64,000 bases of DNA from the human T2T-CHM13v2.0 reference genome, Homo sapiens, in the NCBI RefSeq assembly GCF_009914755.1, contig NC_060925.1; one strand, given 5' to 3'. Below, one piece after another: positions 1 through 14,247 of this stretch. The notes beneath the pieces were generated by a model. That model made no database searches, had not been told where the DNA came from, and was given only the letters and a program-made list of their open reading frames with translations. The translations under genes and the position numbers were made by a program. Position 1 is the stretch's first letter; every line of letters starts with the position of its first letter.

Positions 1-774
1 AAACAGGTCATTTGTGGAGGATTTTCATGTGCCAGGCCATTTGCTGGGTACAGGGAGGCACATTACGCACTACTGCTAAGTTCCCGCCCTATAAAAAATT
101 TCCTTCTGACAGGAGAGATGGACTTGGGCATAAATTGCAGCACTGCAAAGCAAGATGATGAAAGTGAATGCAGAAAGTAATGGGGGAGGGACTGGGGACC
201 ACCCAGCAAGCCTGTGCTGCAGTCTTCATGAAGGAAGCAGCCTTATTCCACTTGACAACTTTGTAGGCATGCTGGCAAAATTCCCGTTCCGCATTCCCCA
301 CAGCTGCTATTCCAACTTGGCTCTGCTTCTCTTCCCTCTCAGGAGACGCCCGCATTTTCTGCTTCATTGAGAAAATAGAGATCCTCAGATATAAGTGCTC
401 TCAGTTTCCTTCATTCTTGAAATGTAATCCATACCAATCCTTTCCTCCTGGTCTCACCCCTCACGGAGAGCTATCCCCCTCCTGCTCTTCCTGCCCCCTC
501 CCTGCCTCCCTGGGGCCCTTGCTCCTTACTATAAGGGTGCTGGCCCTCCAGCCTGTACACTCATACAAGTTCACTTGATGCCATGATATGGTGGTCCCCA
601 CCTTAATGTTGGCAGAACTTAGGGCAAGTTCTCATTCCTCTGAGCCTCATGTTCTTATCTGTGCAAGGAGGATAATGCCTGCCTTACAGGTTGTTTTAGC
701 AATTAACTGAGGTAATACATGTAAAAGTATTTGGCACAGTCCTAAATCTAATAGGTAATATAGCGGATATACTC

Positions 775-1370
775 TAGGGTGGCTGTTCCATAATCCTTTC
801 CTCCTTTCTTGGTGTTCACACCCTTGTATAATCCCCTCCTATTAAGTGTGGGCTGGACAGGTGACTTTCTTCTAACCCATAGAATGTGGCAAAGGAGATG
901 GGATGTCACTTCTGTGATTATGTGATGATAAATAATACTATATATTGATAGCCACTTTGCTCTAGGGATTCTCCTTGCTGCTTGATGAAGTAAGTGGTCA
1001 AGTTTGAGAAGCCCATGTGGCAAGGAATGACAAGGAACTGTGGGAAATGTCTAGAAGCTGAGGGTGGCCTCAGACCATTAGCCAGTGAGAAACAGAAGTT
1101 CTCAGTCCACCAACCACAAGGAACTTAATACTGCAGCAGCCACACAAGTGGGTAGGTGAATCCTTCCCCAGTCAAGCCAGCAGATGAGAACTTGGCCCTG
1201 GCTGACCAAGGCCTGAAGCAATGCACACAGCTAAGCTGTTACTGGACTCCTGACCCCACAGAAACTGTATAAATGTAAGTTTAAAACTATAAATGTTTAA
1301 ACCATATGAGTGTATTTTGTTTTAAGCCACTAAGTCTGTGGTAATTTGTTACACAGCAATAGAGAATACA
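775..1370 (+). mobile_element. MaLR solo LTR (MLT1E/F-like)
   Basis: Motifs ...cacacccttgtataatcccctcc...gtgtgggctggac...gggatgtcacttctg... and 3' end tttaagccactaagt...gtaatttgttacacagcaatagagaataca; similar to the LTRs at 4485 and 7113. Confidence 0.8.
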
Positions 1371-2104
1371 TTACTCAATAAATGCCCTCTTCCTTATAAT
1401 TCTAGAAGAGACTGTCTTTAATCTTGTTTCTATCTCCAGCCTCTACCTTCCCCATTTAATTTCCTTTCCTTTGTTACCAATCTCTTGTTACCAACATCTT
1501 GAAGGTGGAGGGCCACCTCCCACCGTCCAGTGCTAATTAGATCCTGATTTGTATTACCCAGTAGTAGTTCCAGTTGGGTTGTCTTGTTTCCAGCCTGAAA
1601 TGTGGGCTCTTGGTGGGCAGCAGCTGTGTGATGTACCACACTCCTCTCTGGGAAGAGGGCCCCCACACAGCTAGGCCCCAGCTCTCATGCCACCCCTTTC
1701 TGGTTTCCTGTGTGATTAATTATGTGAATGTGGGTGGCCAAGTCAGAGTTTTGACAAGAGTTTGCAGTTCCCCTGCTGAAAACTAACTCCATTAACAGTC
1801 CTTTATGAAAAAGACAATAGGAGGGTCTGAATCTGCTGGCTTCTAATGACTGTAATGTAATGACAATGGAGAGAGAGGGAGGGAAGGAGGAGGAGAAGTT
1901 GGGGGAGCCTGGACCTAAGATAATGGGTGAGAGAAAAAGTAGATGGACAATCTGGTGTGGTGCCAGCATTCCAGGCCCACTCAGCTGGCCTCAGGTGCTC
2001 CTGTCCTTGAGAAGAGGAAGGCAGGCCCATCACCATCTTGATGACTGAATCACTCAACTCTGATCCTTCTCTCCTCAACCGTTTTTCTGTGTTCATGTAG
2101 TCAT

Positions 2105-2990
2105 TAATTTACTTACTCATTCATTCAACAGATATTTACATAAATCTTATGCCTGCAATATAACAGCAACTATTCTGGTGCTGGGAATACAACAAGGTTC
2201 CTCATCTCTCACGTTCCGGTGAGGAGAGACAGACAATTAAAAAAACAACAAATAGGCCAGGCGCGGTGGCTCATACCTGTAATCCCAGCACTTTGGGAGG
2301 CCGAGGTGGGTGTTTCATGAGGTCAGGAATTTGAGACCAGCCTGATCAACATGGTGAAACCCCATGTCTACTAAAAATACAAAAATTAGCCAGGTGTGGT
2401 GGCACGTGCCTGTAATCTCAGCTACTCAGGAGGCTGAGGCAGGAGAATTGCTTGAACCCAGGAGGTGGAGGTTGCAGCGAGCCCAGATTGCACCATTGCA
2501 CTCCAGCCTGGGTGACAGAGTGAGACTCCATCTTAACAAACAAACAAACAAACAACACAAATACATATATCGAATCAGTTTTTGATAGGGTAAAGTACTC
2601 ACTAGAAAATAAACGTGGGTAATGAGATAAATGATGATAGATAGGATAGAGGGCACTTGAAATGGATGGTCAGAAGTTTTCTGCGGAGCTGGCATTTGGG
2701 TTTGGATTTAAAGGGCAAGAAGGAGCCAGACAAGCCAAGGTGTAAGAGAAGAGTCCTCCAAGCAGCAGGGAAGCAAGTGCAAAGGTCCTTGCAGAAGCGA
2801 GCTTGGCATATTAGAGGGACAGAGGGAGGCCGGAGCAACTGGAGGTGTGAACAAATGGGCGAGATGTGTTTGGAAGGGTGAAGGCCTTGGCAAGGGGTTT
2901 ATGTGGAAATCTAAGTGCAACTGAGAGCCACAGAGAGATTTCAGTAGTGGAGAACCACGTGCTTCCATCTCTGACTTTGTGTTACTCATC
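2105..2990 (-). mobile_element. L2 3' remnant (interrupted by the Alu)
   Basis: tcattcattcaacagatattt L2 tail (reverse complement) followed by typical L2 motifs (agcagggaagcaagtgcaaaggtcc). Confidence 0.6.
2255..2555 (+). mobile_element. AluS inserted in an L2 remnant
   Basis: ggccaggcgcggtggctca start, full dimer, (CAAA)n tail, short TSD acaaata. Confidence 0.95.
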
Positions 2991-3298
2991 ATTCTAGGGT
3001 CTTCAGAGACTATCAAGTGCCAACAAGGGGATTACCCCTCTGCCCCTCTAAAGGATTGCAAGAAAGAAGACACCAAATCCATGGCATTTTTTCCCTTAGG
3101 AAAGAAGGGAGATAATGAGAAGCCTCCACTTGGTATTCCTTGGAGCAGCTGGAAGCTAAAAACCAAATGTGGGAACTGTGAATCCTATCTCTGGGATATG
3201 TTTTCTCAGGAAATGGAGGAAATGGGTGGGCACGGGTGGCAAAATATTCCAGGGGAATACTTCTTCCTGGGCCTTGTGGGGAACAACTCCCAAAAGGC

Positions 3299-3470
3299 CA
3301 GTGGTTCTCAGCTTTAAGCCTGTGTTAGAATCACCTGCAGGGCTTATTAAAACACAGATTGCCGGGCCTTACCCCCAGAGTTTGATTTAGTATTTCTGGG
3401 AGTTGGATCTATAATTTGCATTTCTGAAAGTTCCCAGGTGATACTGATGCTCCTGGTCCCAGGACCACAG
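3299..3470. mobile_element. MER5A (hAT-Charlie DNA transposon fossil)
   Basis: cagtggttctca...ttagaatcacctg...ttaaaacacagattgccgggcc...atttgcatttct...cccaggtgatactgatgct. Confidence 0.85.
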
Positions 3471-5208
3471 ACAAATTCTCCTTCTTGTAGCCCCTCATTC
3501 ACTCTGCGTAGGAGGCATGGCTCATCTGGCTGGTGGGTTTGGGAGGAGGAGCAGACCATGCTCAGTTAGCCCTCCCCACTCTCCCTTTCTCTCTCTCCCC
3601 ATCGCCCTAGCTGCAGAGCATATTCAGACAGCTCTCCAATCAGTTCATCAGTAATAAAGGTGACATGCTGATCCTCATCTGTTTTTCTCTTGCATCTGCC
3701 AATTGATTCTGCACTTGAGAGGGGAATAAGTATATTTATTTATTGGGTTTCCCTCAAATTCCAACAGAGAAGTTGGTATCAGTTGCAAAACAATCAACTG
3801 GCATCCGGGCCACACAGCAGCATAGGAATCTTGGTTTTAGCTTCCACTAAAATATCAATTATTTGAGGGCAAAAAATGTCCAATTCCTGGGCCTTTAAGA
3901 TAGGAAGTCAGGTCTGTGGATGGGGTGAGGTCACCAGGATGAGGTCACAAAGGCATTGATGCCCCTTTGTCCTATCATGTGACCACTTGTCACACTTCCA
4001 TCAAACAGTACCTGCCCCTTAGGTGTGCTAGGGAATAAATGAAATGCCTGGGACATCATCGTTAAGTGGCATCTGATGCATAAGCAGTGCCCTAGGAATG
4101 GGGTTGCCTGCCTTGGTCTCTAAAGGATGGGTTCAAAAGGCAAGAGCAGCACACAAGAAGATAGCTTCAAGCAGGAGAAAAAGCTTGGCCCAGGGCCCAA
4201 AGGGGATACGACCCTTCAGGTTGGCCCTGACCTCTGGGTTGGATTACCAGTGACACAATGAACATTTCATTATGAGGCCATCCCTTGAGGTAGTTGCATT
4301 GCAACAGCTCTCCCTACCCAGTGCTGCATTTCCAGTGCTTTCTCTGTTCAGGCTGCTGGGTGACATTTCTATGTCTCCCCTTCAACGGTGAAATATTTCA
4401 GTGGTTGTCCATCACCTATGGGAGTCTGACATGGCATAATCAGGCCACTGGGGCATTGCTAGTTGTGCTGTCCCTGATATTCACCGTGGTAGGCAGTTTC
4501 TGAAATGGCTCCCAGTGATCTCCAACTCCTGAAATTCACACTCTGTGTAATCCCCTCCCTTTGAGTGTGGGCTAGACCTGGTGGCCAAAGTGATAGGATT
4601 TCACTTCTGATGTTAGGCTATGAAAGGCTGTGACCGCTCTCTCTGCCTCTTCTCTCTCACTTGAAGCAAACTGACATGCTGAAAGCTGCCCTATGGAGAG
4701 GCTCATGTGGCAAGGAACAGAGGGTGGCTTCTGGCCAACACCCAGTGAGGAACTCAGGCCCTCAGTCAAACAGCCTGCAAGGAACTGAACCCTGCCAATA
4801 ACCGTAAGTAAGCCTGGAAGTGGATCACTCCCCTTTGAGATGCCTGCAGCCCCAGTGGACACCTTTACTGCAGCCTTGTGACGGACTCAGCTAAACTGTA
4901 CCTGATTCTTGACCCATAGAAACTAATAGGTGTTTCATGGCACTAAGGCTTCAGATAATTTGTTACAAACTGAAATGATGAGTACAGATTTTGGCATCAA
5001 GAGAAGGATAGTATCATGACATATACCTAAAAATGTGAGATAGCTTTGGAACCAGGCAGTGGGCAGAGGTGAGAAGTATTCTGAGAAGCTTGTTAGAGAA
5101 ATCTTCAATTGCCTCAAAGACAATTGAAGACACTGTAGAAATCTGGACTTTGAGGATACAGCTGGTGGGGGCTTAAAAGAAGTGATGAACATGTTATTGG
5201 AAACTAGA

Positions 5209-5892
<684 letters not shown>

Positions 5893-8800
5893 TGGAGGAG
5901 GGACATCCTTGTTAGGTAGTGGTAGAAAGCTTAGTGCCACTATTGTCTGCAGTTACATGGAAAGCAAAATATGTACCTAATAAACTTAGTGATCTAGCTA
6001 TGGAGATGTCCAAGCAAAGTGTTGAAAATAATTTCTTCTTACTGCTTATGTGAGAAGAGAGAAAAAAAAAAGTTAAAGTGAGACAGGACCTGATAGTTTT
6101 GAAAATTCTCAGTCTCCCAAGTCAGCAAAAGGTGCTAAAATTAAGAAATGGCATTTGAGCAAGAAATGGTGGTCTGAGATAAAGCTGTGGGTGTGACTGT
6201 GGGCCTTTGGTTAAGACTTCAGAAAGATCAAAAGATCATGGTATTATTCAGTCATACAAAGGCCCTTTAAAGAGATTAGGGTAGGCCTCATAGATCCTCC
6301 AGATCAAACAATAGGGACTCTAGGAAGCCAAGGGGCTGTCCCTTGGCCATCTTTTCAAGAGGCTCAGGTTGAAAAGTTTAGTTCTCAAAGAAATTTGTGG
6401 GTTTGTTTTTTTGTGTAATAGAGGGAATCTCAGTGCAATTTACAGAAGACCCAGAAGGTTTCTGAGAAAACCTATGAGAAGAAACACAGCTGGGACAGAA
6501 AGGAACAGAGACAGTACAAAATAAAATGAGGCCATTGGACCCCTAAAATTCTCAGCAGGAAACAGGCTGAGAAAACAAGTCAGCTTTAAACACAGGTTTC
6601 CTTTCATGAAAAAGGAAGGATTACTCAGAGGGAAGAACCAAGAGCTTAGAAGGTGGAGCTAAGAGTCATGGAGAATTATCCCCAGGCTTTGAAACCTAAC
6701 CAAGAAACTTGCAGTCTTTTCCTGGCTGGATTTCAAAATTGTTACGGACCAGTGACGCCTTTGTTCCTCACATTTTCCTCCCTTTGAGTAGCAGTGTTTA
6801 TAGCCATTCCTCTATACCTAACCTGCCATTGTATGTTGGGCATATGGGGGGCAGATAATTTATCTCCTTAGCTTTTCAAATCACCAAATCTGTAGTAACA
6901 GTATTCTAGAACTTGTACTTAAGGAATTATACCCAAGAGCCTCATCCACACCTGCACCTGATTTAGATGATGAGATCCTGGACTTTCAGTTGGTGCTCCC
7001 ACGGGAGGAGATGTTAGAGACCTTGGGAAGGATGATTGCATTTTGTGTGTGGAAGGGACATGTATTCTGCATGTGGAAGGGACAAGAATCATTGGAGAGC
7101 CAGAGGGTAGATTGTGATAGGCAGCTTCAGAAATGACTCTAAATTTCTTTCTCTTCTGGTATTCATGTCCTTGTGCAGTCCCCTCCCTTTGTGTGTGGGC
7201 TGGACCTAGTGATTTGCTTCTAAAGAATAGAATACAGAAAAAGTGATAGAATGTCACTTCTCATATCAGGTTATAAAAGACTGTCACTTCTGTCTTATCC
7301 TCTCTCTCTGGCTCTACTCTCTGGCTTGCTCTGATGAAGCAGCTGGGTTGAAAGCTTCCCTTTGGAGAAGAACTGAGGGCTGTCTCTGGTCAATAGCACT
7401 GAGGAACTGAATCCAGCAAACAATTATGTGAAGAAACTTGGAAGCTTGTCCTCCCCTCTAGTTGAGCTTTGAGATGACTGCCGCCCTAGTGGACACCTTG
7501 ATTGAAGCCTTATGAGAAACCCTAAGCCAGAGAACCCAATTAAGCTACGCTTACATTCCTAACACAGAGAAAATATGAGCTAATAAATGTTGTTTCAAAC
7601 CACTAAGCTTTGGAGTAATATGTGACACAGCAACAGACACCTAACGCACCTGCCCTAAGGTCGGGCTACACTGCATTTTCCCCAGAAACATTACACTCTC
7701 TCCTCCCCAGGGCCTTTGCACATACTTCTCATCTCTCCTACCTTTTAGGTCTGGTAGACTTCAACCTGTTCTACAGACTTAGGTCAGGTATCCCTTCCTC
7801 TAGGAAGCTGTCTTTGATGCTCCAACTCCCTTGTGTGTTCCCATAATAGCTTATGTAAGTTCATACAATGCCATCCCAATGCACAGCACATTATAGCAAC
7901 TGTTTGTCCCCTCAACTGGTAGAGAAGGGAAGGGATCTTGCCTTATTCATCACAGTGCTCTAAAATTTAACACAATGCGTCACATGGAGTAGAATGATAA
8001 TAGCACACTTTTATTGAATGCCTACATCATACCTGGTAAGAAATAATTCATTGCAGGATTTGGGCTTGTGTTAGATGATTTGGGTACTGTTTGAAGCCAT
8101 TTAATGCAATTATTTTACTTAAGAAAAACATTCAATGAGAGCGGTACTTTAAACACCCCATTTTACAGACAACTTGAACAGCAGGTTAGGTGCTCAGTTC
8201 ATGTTTGATGGAAAATGAACAATTGAATCATGAGAAGCATGTTTTTTCTTCTGTCCTGTGTCTCCCTTCTCTCAAGAACTCTTTGCAAATACCAGAGTAT
8301 TTGTATTTTGTGTGTGGAAGGGACATGTATTTTGCATGTGGGCCAGAAGGCCTCCTGGGCATCTGGACATCCACTTTGTGCTTGACTGGTCATGTTACCT
8401 AGCTTGGTATTTCCAGATAAGTACCTGGATCTATCCCTGGGTGTCTCAAAGGGAGGGCTTGGTTAGCACCCAGAGAGTTTGATGGGCACCAGAAACCACA
8501 CCTCCAGCTCTTCGCCCACAGCTGTGCCTCTGGCTCCCAGACAGAATCAGCATTTTCCTCTCCCCACACTCTGTCATTATAAACCACGTAAATTCCTCGA
8601 TACCCATGTTACAACGAACAGATGCGGCTCTGTATTTTTAATGTATTATCTCTAATTAGCAGCAGTGGGCATGGAAGAACTCTGTGGTCCCTGGGGCTGT
8701 CCCTCACTGATGCAGCTGCGAGTACATTTGTGATGAAGAATCTGGCCAGGCTCCTCTGGCCCGCACAGCCCTGGCAAGTGGGTGAGGGAACTTCCATGTG

Positions 8801-9264
8801 CAAAGTATCTACTCTGCCAGGAAGTGGGAAAGGGCCGCCAAGGCCTGATCATCAGTCCACTGCTCATCTAGCCCCCACTCCCACCCCTCTATGCTGTCTA
8901 AATACCCTGAGAGGATGTCCTTCATTGGGATCCCAGAGACAGGGCAGACAACAGCCTCCAATGTCATGGGCAAAACAGATTTTTCTAGGTTTGAGGTCTG
9001 CAGTGTGAAGATCTGTGAAATGCAAAAAGAGAATGCTTCAGTGCCCAGGGCAAACATAAGGGGCGGGGGAACTGCATGGACTTCAGAAAAGAAGGGGGCT
9101 GGTTAGTGAGAGCAAATGTATGCTCCTTAGCTCTGTCCAAAGAGGAAGGGTATTTCTTATAATAAATGTCATGCTCATGACTGACATGCTTTGGGCGTTT
9201 ACTATGGACTAAGCCCTATTTCTAAGTGTTCTCCAGATATCATCACGTATAATTCTAGAGGCAG

Positions 9265-9874
9265 TGTCAGCCCCCGGCCAATGACCACCATGGACCTCCC
9301 TGTAGTTGAACAAAGTTGGGTTTGCTGACTGGTGGCAGTGAGGGAGAATGCACACCACAGGGAGCTGTGCAGTGTCTCAGTAAGAAGGTAAGAAATAATT
9401 CACTGTAGGATTCGGGCTTGTGTTAGTTAATTGGGGGAGGGTTCAAGGAAGCAGAGCTTTGCCCTGGATTGGAGACTGGAGGTAGGTGTAATTCTCTGGT
9501 TGGGTACTTCATAAATTTTATTTACAAGGCAGGAGGAATGAAGGAAGATAAGAGTTGTAATTGGTAAAGAAGCAGCCATCACTCACATCAGCCAAGAGGT
9601 GGAGGGAGGGGGGCTGTTAAGTCATCTTTGTATTTTGAATAATGTTCTTGTTTTTGTCTGAATTCATGATGTTGAAATGGTCTTGTTTTTGTCTTCATCT
9701 ATCAGGGTCCTAGAGTGGTTTTGTCCGGCATTGACATTCAGTGAAATTGTTTATGGTCAACAGGAGAACCCCAAGGTCTAGGTGTAGGTGCCAGGCCAGC
9801 TCTCGGCAGCAAAAGGCCTTACTGATAGTGCCAGGCCAGCTTGCAGCCATCAGGGGCTGCTGTTCTCCTTCTCA
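9265..9874 (-). mobile_element. ERVL-class solo LTR (MER54/MER73/MER88/LTR53-like group) inserted in a MIR
   Basis: TG...CA ends, gcag on both flanks (9261-9264, 9875-9878); reverse strand starts tgagaaggagaacagcagcccctga; MIR sequence resumes on both sides. Confidence 0.65.
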
Positions 9875-12800
9875 GCAGGCCCTGTTACTATGCCAGTTTA
9901 CAGAAATAAAGAAATTGAGGCAAAGACAGATTGCCTGGTCTTAGTTGTCTCACAGCTGGGAAGCAGCAGAGATTCCAGAGTCCCTGAAAGTCAAGTGAGC
10001 ATCAAGAGACAACAGAGGGAACTAAAGGGGAGAGTTTGTAATTACGGGAAGCCAGCCTGACCATGAGGGGAACTGGTCAAGAGATAGAACACAGGATTTG
10101 TAGTCAGAGATCTCTACCTTGGGAATCTGTCATTGCTACTTACTAGCCATGTGGCCCTGGGCAATTTGTCGAACATGAGAAATTCACTTTATTCTTATGT
10201 ATAATGGCAACACCAAAAGCTGTTTCTCAGGGTCATATGGGAATAGAATGAGAAGACATGGCATAAAGAACTTACGTACCACTTGGGACACAGATGCTGC
10301 CCTGAGTATTTACTGAACGCCAGGCACTGTTCTAAGTCCCTCGCATGTATTTACTCATCTATTACAGCAACCCTTTATAACCTGTGGCTTGCAGGTGAGA
10401 AGATGGAGACACAGAGAGGTTAGGCGACTTGCTTGAGGTCACACAGCTATCAAGTAGCAGAACTCAGGCATCCTGGCTGCAGCACCCACACTCTACCATG
10501 TGTCATAGTAGCTGTGGGGTCATTGCTCCTTGCCCACTCTAAGTGCTCCAGATCATGAGCTTCAAGACCCTAGTCTTATTCTGATGGTGATTGAATGCCC
10601 TGGAACTCTCAAGGCCCCAGACTTTTGCTTGTGAATGGGTCTAAGCTGCTTGCTTGGCTCTGGTCCGGAGAGCATTCATTTCCTTTTAGAAGGTCAAAAC
10701 ATTCTTGGCATGACAGATAATATAGATTCAGGTTGCTGCAGTCTATAGATCAAATAAAACATAGTATTGCCTTATTAGTATTTCTACACCTTTCAGTAAG
10801 TAGTAGAGTCAGAGAAAACCCTGAAAAATGAGTATAAACTAAAGAGGGTAGGAGAATGACTCAATGCTGCAGCACAAGCCCTCTTTTGGCAAGATCGATG
10901 TGTGGGCAGAAGGCAAATGGCTGCTGAGAGGAAATGGGCCAGACCTGGCTGGTCTTATTCTATCCTGTAATGGCAGAAAGCTGTTCAGGATGGCTATGGC
11001 GCACAGCCCAGGGCTGACTCAGCATTGCCTCTTCCTAACCTGTTGAGTGGGTTTATAGATTGTGTCACAAGTTCTGGGAAAATGAGAGGTCAGGATTCCT
11101 GGGCCCAATGGCTCGTTAACAGAGGTCCTGTGTGCCATCACCCCCTCCAGTCCTTGTCCCACTGGACTTGTCCCCCTTGTCGCACTGGGGGAGATGAGGG
11201 CCTGGAACTCACAGCAAAATTCTCTCTGTGGCTTGATGCAATCCCAGATCCTCACCATCAACCTTTGTGAGGCTCATCTGTTCTTAATTATATCTCTAAA
11301 TCCCGAGGCATTACAACTCTGAGAATTTGGGAAATTTAGCTGCTTAGAGGATTCATAATAATCACAAAATCCCTGGTATTTACAGAGCTCCCTTTTGCAG
11401 ACTGTGAAAGGCAGACAAGACAATACTGTAGTGGTAAAGGCACCCCGAAATTGCTCTCAAGTTCTCTTCACTGAATGCCAGGCCCTTAGTCTGTATTATT
11501 TTGTGTAGCTCAAGGGGGCAAATTGAAAAGAATACTTTTCCCTATTACTTTCTGAGAGAGACCACAGAGAAGAGAGAGATGTTAAGTTAATGTCGAAGAT
11601 ATGCCCAGGGTTGCTGCCAAGCCCCTGCCCTCTTTTCAGGATTGCGCTGCTGAAGGGAGGGGCTCCTGCAGCTATACTGGTACAAGCTGAGCTTGCCCCT
11701 TTCTAGCTGCAGCTGATTGGACAAGGAGTGGAGACACTCGACTGATGAGTGGAGCCAATCAGATTCTCTCTCTTGATAGTTTGAATTAAGAGATGTGGAA
11801 ACTGGGAGTTGGGTTCCTGGATTTGAAGGTCAGGCAGACTCAGGGGCTGGAGTGACCATTTGGGACCAAGCAGAGAGAAGGGGAATAGACCATGTAATAT
11901 CTGAGAGTTGCTTTTCAGCACTTTCTGCCCATGTATTTGTTCAGCAAATTCTCTGATTCCTAAGCCAGGAGCCATCCCGTGAGGCCGTTACTGCAAACAA
12001 GCTGAAAATCCTGCTTTGTTTCTTTTGGACACAACATGCTTTCCTTCAGCTTCAGTAGACGATGAGGCCAGCACCACATGGGCTAGATGTACATGAGATG
12101 TGAGCAACCACACTTCCCCTCTGACGGGGACAGACAGCATCACAGGTGAGTGGGAGACCCACATGTGGTCCATTCCAGACACCCCCGCTGCTTTTATTAG
12201 AAGCCAACATGGGCCTCCCTTGAGCTGCCAGGTGTTGGGTGCAGCTGCCCCTCACCTCCCTAGCTTACAGGAGAAGGACTGAGCAAAGTCTCTTCAAAGG
12301 AGCCATTATTGTGACACAGCACAGCCATCTGCTCCCCGCATTGATCTGACAGTGGCAGCAAGGGCTGAAAGCAGTAGTAGAGGCCCAGGAGCACAATTCA
12401 GTGAACAGCCCTCATTGATCTGTTTACCTGCTTGATGGCTGGCCAAACTCTCTGTGTCCGAAAGACACCCTTGGAAGGTCAGAGCTGGAAGGACACCTTA
12501 GGGAGGCCTGAGGACAGTCCAAGATTGTCACAAATGGGAAAAGCAAGCCCTAAAGATACTATTGAGATATGACCTTTCCAATTTCAATCAAGGGAACTCA
12601 GATAACTCCCACTGTTTATGGGACAGCCCTGGGGAGGGGGACAGGGTGCTATTGTGCTTTGTAGTCCTATTTGCCACAGGTAGTAAAGCAAAGAGAATAT
12701 CTATTTATATGAATCCATAGGACTGAATCATAAGCTCTTGAACGAAAAGAAAAAGCACATTCTTCTTACCGCGGTAACAATGTGTGGTCACTAGTTCAGA

Positions 12801-13474
12801 ACTCCCACTGTCCCTAAGCCACAGGATGCAGACCAACACAATCAAAGAGTTCTCTCGGCTGGAGGTTCCAACTGGAATGTGTGAGTTGGTGGCTTCTATG
12901 GTGCCAGCTTTTGCTTAGCCTTTGCTTGGTCACATATTCAGGGTCAACCTGCCCTGTCCCAGTGACAATTGTCTCCAGCAGGAAATTCATTATGAGCCCC
13001 TTTTCCACTTGTCGAGTAGATTCTGGAAATAGTCTGCTGTCCTCCCCACCACCTCCCACTAAAATCCCAGGAGCCAGGGATTTAGTCCCTGGAATCCCTG
13101 CAGCCTTGATCATTAACCACTCCACTTAAGTGTGGCCCATCTGTCTGGTTGGTCTGCTTCAATCTCTGGTCCCATTTCTTGCTCCCCCATGGGCTAGCAG
13201 TTTTGTGAAACTGTTTCTGGATGGATGGACTTTGGGCCTACTCTCCCAAGGGTTGGGATTTATCTTCCCCATATCTATTAACCCACAAATGTCCCTGACC
13301 TGAAAGTCACACAAATACCTGAGTCATGTGACCACCTCATTCCCTTAGACTTTGCCTTCCCAAAAATGCCAGTCCTGATGAGGGTAGGAGATTTTGTCTT
13401 ACAATATTGGGTGGCTGATAGCAAGCATTGGTGTCTCTCCCCCATTCCTGCTCTAACCACCACCACTATAATCA

Positions 13475-13885
13475 TGAGCATTGGTTTTAGATGAAGAAAG
13501 AACTGGCTTTGAATGCTGTTCCCACTACTAACTGTATGAACTTGGCAAGTTAGCAAACCACATTCTTCTGATCCTCCTTCTTCTTGTCCGTGTAAAGGGT
13601 GAATTAAAACCTACTCAAGGTGACAGGTGTAGAGCAAATGAGAGAACAAATGAGAGCATGAATATAAAGAATTTAGCATAGCGCATCACACCTGATACTA
13701 ATATGTAACACTCATTGAGAGTTTATAATATGTTAAGTTCTATGCAAAGTGCTTTGTAAACATTACCTTATTTAATCTGCACAGTAATCTAGTAAGATCC
13801 TATTATCCAAAATTTTAAAATGAAAAACCTGAAGCTTGAAAGGTTAAGTAAATTGCTCAAAGTTAACAGCTAGTCAGTGGATGAG
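13475..13885. mobile_element. Two MIR remnants in opposite orientation
   Basis: MIR core on + (ccactactaactgtatgaacttggcaagtt), then reverse core (tattatccaaaattttaaaatgaaaaacctgaagc...aggttaagtaaattgctcaaag). Confidence 0.6.
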
Positions 13886-14247
13886 CAAACACTGATTGTG
13901 ACCTCATGGAGACCAAAAATGATGATTTATCTAATTTAATGTCATTGTATAATGCCTATTATATACCAGGCACCCCAAAAATGTATGCTGAATGAGTGTA
14001 TGGCTCCCAAGTCAGTGCCCCTTTGCATAGCTGGGTTGAGAGCTCAGCTCTGCCAACTTACTGCTTCTCTCTCTCTCTCTTTTTGAGGGAGGACATAAAG
14101 CTGTTTTTATTTCTGCCAGCATTTGTGTTCTTATCCCTAGTATGGCTATTACTGGATCTTTTAATACATTCAAACTTTCTATCTGAATGGATACATTTCC
14201 ATACCACCTACTCTTTAATCAGAGATTAAGAGATCTTAACTCACAGA

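Noticed and set aside
12881-13129. 82-aa ORF with hydrophobic N-terminus
   Set aside because: Non-ATG start, no recognisable domain or exon structure; expected by chance.
13475-13885. Adjacent inverted MIRs as a hairpin (also 61990-62475)
   Set aside because: Too diverged for stable pairing; common arrangement.
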